Assembly (NCBI GenBank): GCA_000002445.1
Contig: CM000208.1
Coordinates: 1,312,001-1,376,000, forward strand
Source: Trypanosoma brucei
Lineage: Eukaryota
Reading direction: 5' to 3'
DNA: 64,000 bases
Shown here piece after piece: positions 21,629-33,600 of this stretch. Position numbers and translations under genes: made by a program. The notes below the pieces were generated by a model. The model saw nothing but the letters and a program-made list of their open reading frames with translations. It made no database searches and was not told the origin of the DNA. Each line of letters starts with the position of its first letter. The first letter of the stretch is position 1.

Positions 21629-24600
21629 ATGTCTATTTCCTACAAAGAGCTTATTGCTCTTCGTCGTGCACATTTGGCTCGCCAAGGGCAAAACGCACCG
21701 TTATCTCCAGGTCGGTCTGAGTTGCAGGCTTCACAGGTAGGTGCCTCCTCTGAGACCGCAGTGGTTAGGGTGGATGATGTTTCTCCTCAACTAGAAATCG
21801 AGGGAAGACCCCAAGAGACACTCCCGGAGTGGTTAGTGGATGAGCAGCAACCAACTGTTGGGCTTAGTCATCTTCCATGGTCCCAGTCAGTGGAGGGAAG
21901 ATACACGACCGAGGAGGAGGTCCCCCGGGCTGAAGAACCAAAGGTCATGGTTCCTCACGAAACCATTAAGGGTGATTTGCCACGGATGGAAGTGATGAGA
22001 CGCTGGCGTCGGAGGTACGACAAATATTCTCTCCTGGAATTGCTCAAGGAAAAAAACGTCGTTGCCGACGGTAGGTTTTCTTGGGAAGAATCCGAAGCCA
22101 ACCAGTCACTTCTTCCTCTTCACGTTTTTGACAACGTAAGTTACGAGGAACTTTCACCGAGTGATTGGATGAGCAAGAGGGATGAGACGGGCGGTGTCGT
22201 ATGTTTAGCTTTACCTGACGCCAATGTATGTTCGTGGGTTCGGGGGTGGGTGACGGGATGGGACGAAGAGACCAACGTGTTGACTGTGCGCCTGTGTGAC
22301 GCGGGTGCCGCCACGGGTGACCCCAAACAAACAAAAGGGACCGTTGTGCGGCTTCACCGCTTGTATGTGTGTTTTAATGCAGAGAACCCGGAAAACTTTG
22401 CGGAACGGTTTGCGGGGGCGTACCGCATGCGAAATCTGCTGAAAAGTGTCCTTAGGCAGCAAACATTTGTCGATGCCATTCCAACAGATGAATTTCAGAC
22501 GGTGGACCCGTACGCACTAGAACGTGTGCATCAGTTGTGTTTGAATACGCCGAAACTCCTCCAAAAACAAGATTTGCTGCAGGTGACCAAGGTTCTAAAC
22601 GATGTACGATCGGACTACTCCCATGTAATGAACCGCGAGCTATTGAACCATACAGTGAAAAACGGCGCGCTCCAAGAGCTTCTGGGAGGTGCGGAACTTC
22701 CAGTTGATAGGCCACATGTCCAAGTGCAGAAATGCGGCGTGCACGAGCTTCGTCACAATTGCTTCCGAAGTATCGTGAGTTCTTTTCTATCCAACTCAAT
22801 TACTGCCCGAAGTGAAATCGCTATTGCCATTTTGCAGCGTGTGCGCGAGGGTAATGAAGTCTTGATGGCTAGGAGAGTATTCCGAACGAGCAAGGTCCCA
22901 GATGAACAGGTTACACTTACTTTGAATGCGTTCGAGGATGTACAGGTTACGTCTGTGCGGGAAAATGCTCAGTTTGTGCGCGAAAAGTGGATTCCCGGCA
23001 TTACTGAATTTATCAAACGCATATGCTCTGACTGCGATGAGAATGAGGATGTAACACTGAAGGTACGCGAGTGTGACTACGAGACATGCAAAGTGCGTGG
23101 CCTCATGAACACCATCACACTACAAATGGAAGATACCTTGCGCTGGGTGCTGACGAACGCACTTTCAGAGTTTGCGTCCTTTGTAGAGGAGTGTGCGAAG
23201 TACACTGTGAAGGTGCACAGCATGTTTGATGTTGAGGTTGTACCTCATCCAGACTTGAAACGCGCAAGGATTGTGCCACTCTTCAAGGTTTCTCTCGTAG
23301 ATGGCGAAGAACGGAATTTGGTGTGGAGCTCATCAATTTCTGACTTCTTATCGATGCTTACGGAAGTTGTCTACCGATGTCTAGCGTTACATACCGGTGC
23401 TCGTTCGGTGGAGCGGCGCCTGTTTACCTTCCTCTTTGACAGCCACACGGCGTTTCTTTCTTCCCTGCACGACGATGATCCAGCGTGCACGTCGTGCTTG
23501 CGCAGGCTGACGGAAGCTGTTGAACGGGCTGGAAAACCTTTGGATGAATACATCGCGACCTTCGGTGACGTTCAAGAACTGATTGCACTTGATGTAAAGC
23601 AATACATAGAGGATTTCAAGCAAAAGTTCCCCACGACGAAAGGTGTGGAGGAAGAGATTCTGCGATATAACCAAAAGCAAAAGGATGTGTCCGAGATGAT
23701 ACCCCGTCAGAAGGACCTCGGTCTTTTTCAGGTTGACTGCACAGATTTGAAAAAGCGGCTCACATGGAAGTGTAATCAAGTTGTCAACTCTATTTTGGAT
23801 GTGATGCTTAATCGTGCAAACACCAAGGCTACGTTTGTGATTAATTCCTTCCAGGAGCTTCGCGACACCCTTGTTAAACCGACTCGGACACCTGAGGAGG
23901 TCGTAGACCGCCAGGACTTCATCAAGGCAATTCCGGAGAAGGTTTTTGACCTTCAGGCTGTGATTAGTGAAATTCAGCAGGTTTATGCCATCCTAGATAC
24001 ATTCCATGTCCCGTTTAGTGAAGAAGACTTCAACAAGAAGTGGACAGCGATATCATGGCCAGCACGTCTCGATGATGACATCATTCAGAGACAAGTCGAT
24101 CTCGAGCAGACGAAGCGTAGTCTTACCCTCAACTTGCGGAAGTCACAAGAGGCGTTTAGTGAGAAGGTGGTGCAGTTGCAACATACGGTGGCCTCATTCA
24201 ACCGTCGCTCCAATGTGAACAAAATGAATGAGATTGTAGGGGATGTCAACAACATATTGGAAAACATCAGACAACTTTTGGAGACAGCAAACGAATTCAA
24301 CACGCACGAGAACCTCTTACTTCTGGAGAAGACAGATTACACGATGGTACGGGATCTCCAGTCCGACTTCGAACCGTATGCCTCGTTGTGGCTCACTGTG
24401 CACGATTGGAACGTTGCCTTGCGTGAGTGGCAGGCTCGACCATTTCCTGAGATCGATGCAGAGGCCATGGAGAAGCGAGTAATGAACAATTATCACACAA
24501 TATCAAGATGCTGCGTGGATCCAAAACTCACCGAACTACTAACTGAAATCGCGAAGAAGACGAAGGCGAAGATAGAGGAATTCCAACCCATATTGCCTTT

Positions 24601-27600
24601 CGTTAAGTTTCTCCGCACCGAGGGCATGAAGGATAGACATTGGGACCAAATCTCCAAAGAGATTGGCCGCGATATCCGCCCAGGAAAGACAATCATGACG
24701 ATTAGTGATGTAAAACCTTTGATGACAGTTGAGTATGAAGAAATTTTGCTCCGTATATCGGAGGTGGCGTCCCGCGAGTACCAGATAGAGACTTCACTGA
24801 GGAAGATGAAGGAGGAGTGGGAAAAGATATCTTTCGACGTCCAGCCGTACAAGAGCACAGGGTGTTATCTCGTTACGAAGGATGCGGTGGACACGATACA
24901 AGAAGTGTTGGACGACCAAATGCTTATCACCCAATCCCTTGGCTTCTCACCTTTTAAGAAAATGTTCGAAGCGGACATTGCAGCCTGGGAAGCGTCCCTT
25001 AAGCGGGTGCAGTGCGTAATGGATGAGTGGCTTATCTGTCAAAAGGCGTGGCTGTACCTAGAACCAATTTTCCAGTCGGAGGACATCACACGCCAACTGC
25101 CTAGGGAGACGGAGCGCTTCAAGAAGGTTAACGGGAACTGGCATTACCTCACCAATGAGGCCCATGAGAAAAAACTAGTGTTAGATTTCTGCGCAATACC
25201 TGACAGTTTGAGTAAATTCAAGGATAATAATGATGAACTGGAGCTAATTCAGCGCGGGTTAAACCAGTACCTTGCAAGCAAGAGGAGTGCATTCGCTCGG
25301 TTCTACTTTCTTTCGGATGATGAACTGCTTACGATCCTTTCCGAGGCTCGTGATCCAAGGAAGATACAGCCTCATTTCCGCAAATTGTTTGAGAACATCA
25401 TGGAGATTGATATGCGTGACCCCGGAAACGAAATGTTCGGTATGTACTCGCAGATGCGCGAGTACGTGCCTTTCGACCAGGGTATTCTTCCCCGTAGAAA
25501 CATTGAGAATTGGCTCAGTGAGATCGAACACATGATGCGGATTTCGATTCGCTCTCAACTGTCAAAGGGCGTGAAGGACTGTGCCGAAAAGGGTCGTCAG
25601 AATCTTATTCTCAATGCTCCTGGCCAAGTTGCTATCGCTGTAAGTCAAATCATGTGGACAGCGAGCTGTGAGAGCAGTATCAAGGAGCATGGGTCTTTGG
25701 AACCCTATATGCCGAAGGCAAGGGAAAATCTAATGAGTCTTGTGGAAACGGTACGGCAACCTCTCTCTACGTTGCAACGTGTGAACATTAGTGGTCTCAT
25801 CACTATTGAAGTTCATGCAAAGGATATTGTGGAGAAGTTAACCGAAGATAAAGTTGATAGCATTTACGCATTTGAATGGATTTCTCAACTTCGCTCGTAC
25901 TGGGAAAACAATGACTGCTATTTGCGTCAAGTTGAGGCGCAGTTTCAATATGGTGGTGAGTACCTTGGCAACAGCACCCGTCTTGTCGTGACGCCACTTA
26001 CTGACCGTATCTACCTGACGCTCACTGGGGCCATGCATATGTTCCTTGGTGGTGCACCTGCAGGTCCAGCTGGAACAGGTAAAACAGAAACTGTGAAAGA
26101 TCTTGCCAAAGCGGTCGCAAAGCAGTGCGTCGTGTTTAACTGTCAGGAAGGTATGACGTACGCATCGATGGGTAAATTTTTTAAGGGTTTGGCACAAGCG
26201 GGTGCATGGGCGTGTTTCGATGAATTTAACCGTATTGACGTAGAAGTGCTCTCCGTTGTGGCGCAGCAGGTTTCAACGCTTCAAGAAGCCTCTCGGTCGA
26301 AGCAGTTTCGAATTCCCTTCGAGGGGACAGAAATTATTGTTGATCCCTCGTATTCTGTGTTCATCACGATGAATCCAGGTTACGCTGGACGTACGGAGCT
26401 TCCAGATAACCTGAAAGTTCTGTTCCGCCCCGTTGCGTGTATGGTACCGGACTATGCTATGATCGCCGAAATTCGTCTATTCTCCTTTGGATACTCCAAC
26501 TCTCGTACATTGGCCCAGAAAATGGTTGCGACATTCCGGTTGAGTTCTGAGCAGCTTTCATCTCAAGATCACTACGATTTTGGTATGCGTGCTGTGAACA
26601 CTGTCATTTCGGCTGCTGGGCTAATGAAGCGCGAGTGCCCCGATGAAGAGGAAGATGTCCTGCTACTCCGGGCGCTGCACGATTCCAATGCACCTAAATT
26701 TTTGGACGAGGATCTCCTTTTGTTCTCTGGCATTATCTCCGATTTGTTTCCCGGTGTCGAGCTTCCGACGCGCGATTATGGTTCTTTGCTCTCGACTCTA
26801 AAAGAGAAAGCTGTAACCTTCCGCGTTGAACCTACGGACATGTTCCTCAAGAAGTGCATACAACTCTATGAGATGAACATACTTCGGCACGGCCAAATGC
26901 TGGTTGGACCAACAATGGGTGGGAAGACATCTGCTTCTCGCGTTCTGCAGGCCGCAATGACAAAGCTTCGAGTGGAACTAAATGAGGAACGGTACGCCCA
27001 GGTTTGCATACATGCTCTGAATCCGAAGTCTATTACGATGGCCCAACTCTATGGTGGCTTTGACGATGCCACTGGTGAATGGCGCGACGGGCTCATCGGT
27101 GAACTTTTTCGGATAGCCGCTCGGGACACAACGGACACCAAGCAGTGGATTTATTTTGATGGGCCAGTGGATGCCCTGTGGATTGAATCAATGAATACCG
27201 TGCTAGACGACAACAAGAAACTTTGTCTGATATCTGGTGAGATTATTGCCATGACACCGTACATGAGTTGCTGGTTTGAAGTGGAGGATCTGGCTGTTGC
27301 GTCTCCCGCTACTGTGTCTCGCGCCGGTATGATTTACATGGAACCTTTGGGGTGTATTGGTGTAGATGCCTTCATCAAGACATGGAAGGATTACCGCCTT
27401 CCCTCGAGCATGGAGCCGTACAAGGATGAGTTGGAGAAACTATGCTCTGAACTCTTTCCCCTTCTTATTGAATTTGTGCAGCAGCAGGTGGTGGAATACT
27501 GCCCTTCCGTGTGGCCCAATCTTTTGATTTCATGCTTTAACATATATGAGGTGCTTTTGGAACCCTTTACACCCACGCGAATCGCAGAGGTACCGGAGGA

Positions 27601-30600
27601 ACAGCTGACAAAATTGAAAGCAGTGTACATGCACCTTTTTGTCTTTTCAGTTGTGTGGTCCTTCGGTGCAACAGGGGACCGAGAGAGTCGTAAGCCCTTT
27701 GACTGTTTTCTGCGCACATCGTTGGCAAATTTGGGCGTGCTCATTTCACTCCCACCCATTGGATGTATTCAAGATTACGAGTTCTGCGTGGAGCAGGGGC
27801 GTTGGATCCCCTGGACCGAGCGACTCCCACCCTTCATGGCCAAGGTAACAGCGAACACCTTTGCGGAAATCATTGTGCCCACAGCTGATGTGGTGTGTTA
27901 CAAATTTCTCAACCGTTTGCTGCTGCAGAAGTCGTTCCACACGCTGTGCTGCGGTCCTACGGGTACGGGGAAAACAGTGGTACTCCAGCAGCTTTTGATG
28001 CACGAGATGCCAAAGGAGTTCACACCAATCTTCTTCACGTTTTCTGCTCGCACAAGTGCCAACCAAACGCAAGACCTTATCTTCTCCAAGTTTGAAGTCC
28101 GACGTCGTGCAACCCCGCAAATTTGGGGCGCCCCAGTCAACAAGAAATTTGTCATTCTTATTGACGATATGAACATGCCGGTGAAGGAGCAGTACGGCGC
28201 TCAACCACCTATTGAGATTTTGCGGCAGTACATGGATTACAAGGGATGGTATGATCGCAAGACGCGTGAGTTCTTTAATATTGTTGATATTGTCTTTTCT
28301 GGTGCTATGGGTCCACCAGGCGGTGGTAGAACACACATCAGCCAAAGATTCTTGCGACATTTTAATCTCATTGCGTTTCCAGAGGTTAATGAGGGAAGTA
28401 TGGACCGTATCTTTGGTTCCATTCTGGATGCATACTTCAAACCTTTTAGTGAGGAGGTTTGTCAACTGCTGCCACAGGTGTTGAAGGCATCCATTGCTGT
28501 GTTTAATACGGTAACCAAATCGCTACGCCCAACTCCGTCGCGGTCCCACTACTTGTTTAACCTGCGTGACCTTGCTAAGGTGATCAGTGGTTTAATAATG
28601 GCTACGCCCGAAACAACAAACTGCGCGGTTGGTCTTCTCCGCCTTTGGATTCACGAAGAGATGCGGACATTTAAGGATCGTCTCATCACTGACGCAGACA
28701 GACAATGGTTTGACCAACAGCTACGGAAGCAGGTCGAAGAGAGATTTCATATGCGTTTCAGTGAAGTGGTGCCCCCAGAAAGGGGCACTGACGGATTGCT
28801 TTTTGCGGATTTCATTGGGAAGAAGGACGTCGCTAATCGGTACCAAGAGGTGACCTCCCCGGAGGAGCTTGTCGCAGTTCTGAAGAAGAAGTTAGATGAG
28901 TACAACTTTGTTGCCTTCCACAAACTGCACATTGTGATGTTTTCGTATGCCGTTGAGCATATCTGTCGCATAGCCCGCGCCACCCGAAAGCCTAATGGCC
29001 ACGTTCTGTTGTTAGGCGTTGGTGGTTCAGGGAGGCAGTCCCTGTCGCGCATTGCGGCGTTTATTAATGACTTCGAAACCTTTCAAGTTGAGATTACGAA
29101 GGGATATTCGACAAATGCTTGGCGTGAAGACATTAAGAAGGCACTTCGGCGTGTGGCTTTTCAGAACAAACAGGTTCTCTTTCTTTTCACCGACACACAG
29201 ATTGTACATGAAGCGATGCTGGAGGACGTTAACAACCTGCTAAACTCAGGCGAGGTGCCGAACCTTTTTGAGGGTCCTGATTTGGACGAGGTGTTTACAG
29301 CCATGAAGCCTGTTTGCATTGCTGAGAATATTTCTCTCGACAAGGTGGGTATGTACGCTCGATTTGTCAAGTTTTGCAAGTTTAATCTTCACGTTTCCCT
29401 TTGTATGTCGCCTCTGGGAGAAACTTTCCGAGGACGTCTCCGGATGTTTCCAGCACTAGTGAACTGCTGTACAATTGACTGGTTTACAGCGTGGCCCGCT
29501 CAGGCACTGCACAGTGTTGCTCATAATTACCTCAGCAACATGAAATTACTCACCCCCAAGGAAGTGGAAAGCTGTACTGAACTTTGTGTAATGATACACG
29601 AATCTGTGGAGAAAATGTCGGAGCGCTTCCTCGAGGAGACACGGCGTCATGCGTACGTTACACCAACGTCATTCCTTGAGCTATTGCAAACTTTTAAACT
29701 TATTCTCGAGTCTCAAACGGCCAAGGGGAACATTACCAAGCAACGACTGCAGAATGGTATGGAAAAACTTCGTGAAACTGAAGACGCAGTAGCTGGTTTG
29801 CAGCAGTCTCTGGCCGAAAACCAGCCCATTCTTTTGCAGAAGAGCGAATCTATCAAGAAACTGATGGAGGAGATAATCGTTCAAACAGAATCCGCCGAGG
29901 AAACGAAGCAGGAGGCCGAGAAGGAAGAAGCTGCCGTCGCTGCGAAGCAAAGGGAATGTGCTTCCATCGAGGCCGAGGCTCAGGAACAGCTTAGTGAGGC
30001 GCTGCCAGAGTTGGATCGGGCTTTAGACAGTTTGGCGAACTTGAAGTCTTCACAAATTACTGAGGTGGCTGGTTATAAGGCGCCAACACCCGGTGTCGTC
30101 ATGACGATGCAGGGTATTGCTATTCTTTTCCAGATCAAACCTGTTATGCGTGCTGGTGGTCCCATGGAAGAGAAGAAGCCCGATTACTGGGCAACAGCAA
30201 AGGAACAACTCTTGAACAACCCCAATGCATTATTGCAGCGGCTCATTAACTACGACAGGGAGCACATCAATGAACGCCTTATCCAAGCTGTAATGCCCTT
30301 AGTTTCTTCGGAAGACTTTACGCCAAAAAAGATTGCGGGTGCCAGCCAGGCTTGTGCTGCTATGTGCCAGTGGACGCACGCTATGGTCAAGTTTCATTAT
30401 GTTAACAAGAAGGTGGAACCACTGCGGCAACGGCTAGCCGTTGCGCAGGAAGATAACCGAGTGTTCCAAGAAAAGCTCCGCATTGCTCAAGTGCGGCTGG
30501 AAGCGGTCGCAATGAAGTTGGAGCGGTTGCAAGACGATAAGACCCGTGCTGAAAACGAGATGCAGGAACTAGAGCAGGTGGTTCGTATGACCGAGTTGAA

Positions 30601-33600
30601 ACTTGCGAGGGCGGATATGCTTATTGACGGTTTGGGAGGGGAGAAAAAGAACTGGACAAATACCGTGCGGGAGATTGACGAGAATTTTAAGTATTTAGTG
30701 GGCGACATGCTAGCTGCTGCGGGGCAGATTGCATACGTTGGACCGTTCACAGCGACGTATCGCAGTGAACTACTAACGCAATGGACAGCTGAGCTGGATA
30801 GACATAAGCTCGTCCACCACCCTCAACTTTCCGTCTTTTACACCATGCAGGACCCCATTGTGACACAGGGTTGGAATGTAAATGGCCTGCCTACGGATAT
30901 GCTGTCAGTCGAAAACGCCCTCATCATGAGCAACGCACGCCGGTGGCCACTCATGATTGACCCACAAACTCAAGCAAATAAGTGGATCAGACAGACATAT
31001 CCCGATGGACTAGAGATCCTGAAACCAACCCAAAAGGATTTAGTGAAGCGCATTGAGTACGCCGTTCGATCGGGACGGCCCGTACTATTGGAGAATGTAG
31101 GGGAAAATATTGATGCCACCCTTGCGCCGCTTCTAGCCAAACAGACGTTTATAGAGGGTGGACAAGAGATGATCCGTCTTTCCGAGCATCCGATCCCGTG
31201 GAATCCAGATTTTAAGTTCTTTATGACCACAAAGTTACCGAACCCGCACTATATCCCCGAGGTAATGGTGCAGGTGACGCTGCTTAACTTTTTCATTACT
31301 CCTCAGGGACTTGAAGACCAGCTGCTTGGTGTTGTGGTTGGGCAAGAACGAAAGGAACTAGAGATGCGTAGGAGCGATCTTATCAAGACAAATGCAGCGA
31401 TGCGGGCGGAGGTTGCAAACATCCAAACGACGATTTTGCGGAAGATGGAGGAGGTCAAGGGTGATATTCTAGATGATGAGAGCCTCATTGAATACTTGAA
31501 ACAGTCGAAAACCACAACCAAGGAGATCAATGACAAAGTGGCGGAAGCAGAGCAGGCTGAAATAGAGATTAACGCCAGTCGTGAACTCTACCGCCCGGTG
31601 TCGCGTCACTCCTCATGCTTATACTTCTGCTGCGCGACGCTTTCCAATGTAGACCCTATGTATCAATATTCTTTGCAGTGGTTTGTTCGGTTGTTTATTA
31701 ATGGCATTGAATCGTCGGAAGCTTCCGACAACCTGGAGACGCGGCTTCAGAATCTTCAGGACTACTTTACGTACAGCTTCTACCAAAATATCAGTCGCTC
31801 ACTTTTTGAGAAACACAAAATCATGTTTTCGTTCTACTTGTGTATACGGATTCTGCAGCAGAAGGACGCCATCGACGAGTCTGAATTCCGCTTCCTCCTT
31901 CAAGGCCCTTCGGTAACATTCAAAACGATGCCTAACCCATCACCCTCCTGGCTCACGGAGTCTACGTGGTTAGATCTCTGTTATCTGTCGAAGAAGTTCC
32001 CTGTGTTCAACGGTTTCGAAGCTCACATTTCCAGAAATGTCGATTTCTACAGGGGAATTTTCATGTCTCCCTCAGCGCACAAGGAGGCGCTGCTACCACC
32101 GTATGAGAAGGAAGTTACTCCGTTGCAGAGGATGATGTTCCTCAGATGTCTTCGACCCGATAAGTTAATGGAAGCTGTGCAAGATTTCGTCAGCAGTGAG
32201 CTAGGAGAACGCTTCATCCGCCCACCGCCGTTTGACTTATTTACCTCCTTCAAGGAATCCAGTCCAACAGCGCCGCTTATTTTCATACTCTCTCAGGGAG
32301 CGGATCCATTCGAGGACTGGAAGAAGTTTGCGGAGCAAAACAACATGGGTAAAAAATTGTCGGATATTTCACTAGGTCAAGGCCAAGGTCCGAGAGCCGA
32401 GCGGATGCTGCAAGAGGGCATGGAGAATGGTACATGGGTACTCTTGCAGAACTGCCACCTGGCAACATCATGGATGCCAACACTTGAACGGTTAGTAGAG
32501 GGAATGAAGTACGGTATTCATTCCTCTTTCCGACTGTGGCTTACCTCTATGCCTAGTCCTCACTTCCCTGCAACGGTTCTGCAGAACGGTGTGAAGATAA
32601 CCAATGAACCACCTAAGGGAATGCGAGCTAATGTCACACGTTCTGTGTTGAGTTACCGTCCGGATTACCTGGACACTTGCAAGAAGTCAACAGAGTTTAA
32701 AAAGCTTTTCTTCGCCATGTCGTTCTTCCACGCCCTTATCCAGGAGCGTAGGAAGTTTGGTCCGCTAGGGTGGAATATTCCGTACGAGTACACTTCCGGA
32801 GATTTGGGTTGTTGTGTGGCGCAGATTCGAATGTTCCTTGACAAGTACGAAGAAATTCCCTACAAGGTCATCAAGGAATTGAGTGGAAACATTCACTATG
32901 GCGGCCGTGTTACGGACGATTGGGATCGTCGAACACTGAATACATTGTTGGAGGTGTTTGTACATCCTGATGTGATGAAGGATGGCTACAAATTTTCTCC
33001 GTCGGGCACCTACAATTCTATACCTGTTGGATCACAGAAGAGCTATCTAGATTACATTGAGACCTGGCCGATGAATACAAACCCTGAAATATTTGGCTTG
33101 CACGAAAATGCAGACATCACGTGCGCACGTAATGAAACATTTGAGACATTAGAGGCAATTCTCTCTCTGCAGGGCGAGGCTGCGCCGAAGAGTGCCTCAG
33201 GTCAGTCTCCGGATGAGGTGGTTGTGGAGTTAGCTAAACTTATTAGAAAGCGCGTAAGTGAGCCATTTAATATTCCCGATTTTCAGAAGAAGTATCCAAC
33301 AATGTATGAAGATTCTATGAACACTGTGTTGGTGCAGGAGGCCATTCGATTCAATCGTCTCACCGCTGTTGTGCGCGAAACGCTGGAAGCCCTTCCCCTT
33401 GCTATTAAAGGTGAGGTGCTGATGAGCCGGGAACTGGAGGAGGCATACCGCTGTCTCTACAATAATCAAGTGCCTGCACAATGGGCTGAACGTGCTTATC
33501 CGAGTCTCAAACCACTTGGAGCTTGGGTGGATGACTTGGTTATGCGTTTGGAGATGATTTCATCATGGTACGAAGAGGGTCATCCGTCTGTTTACTGGAT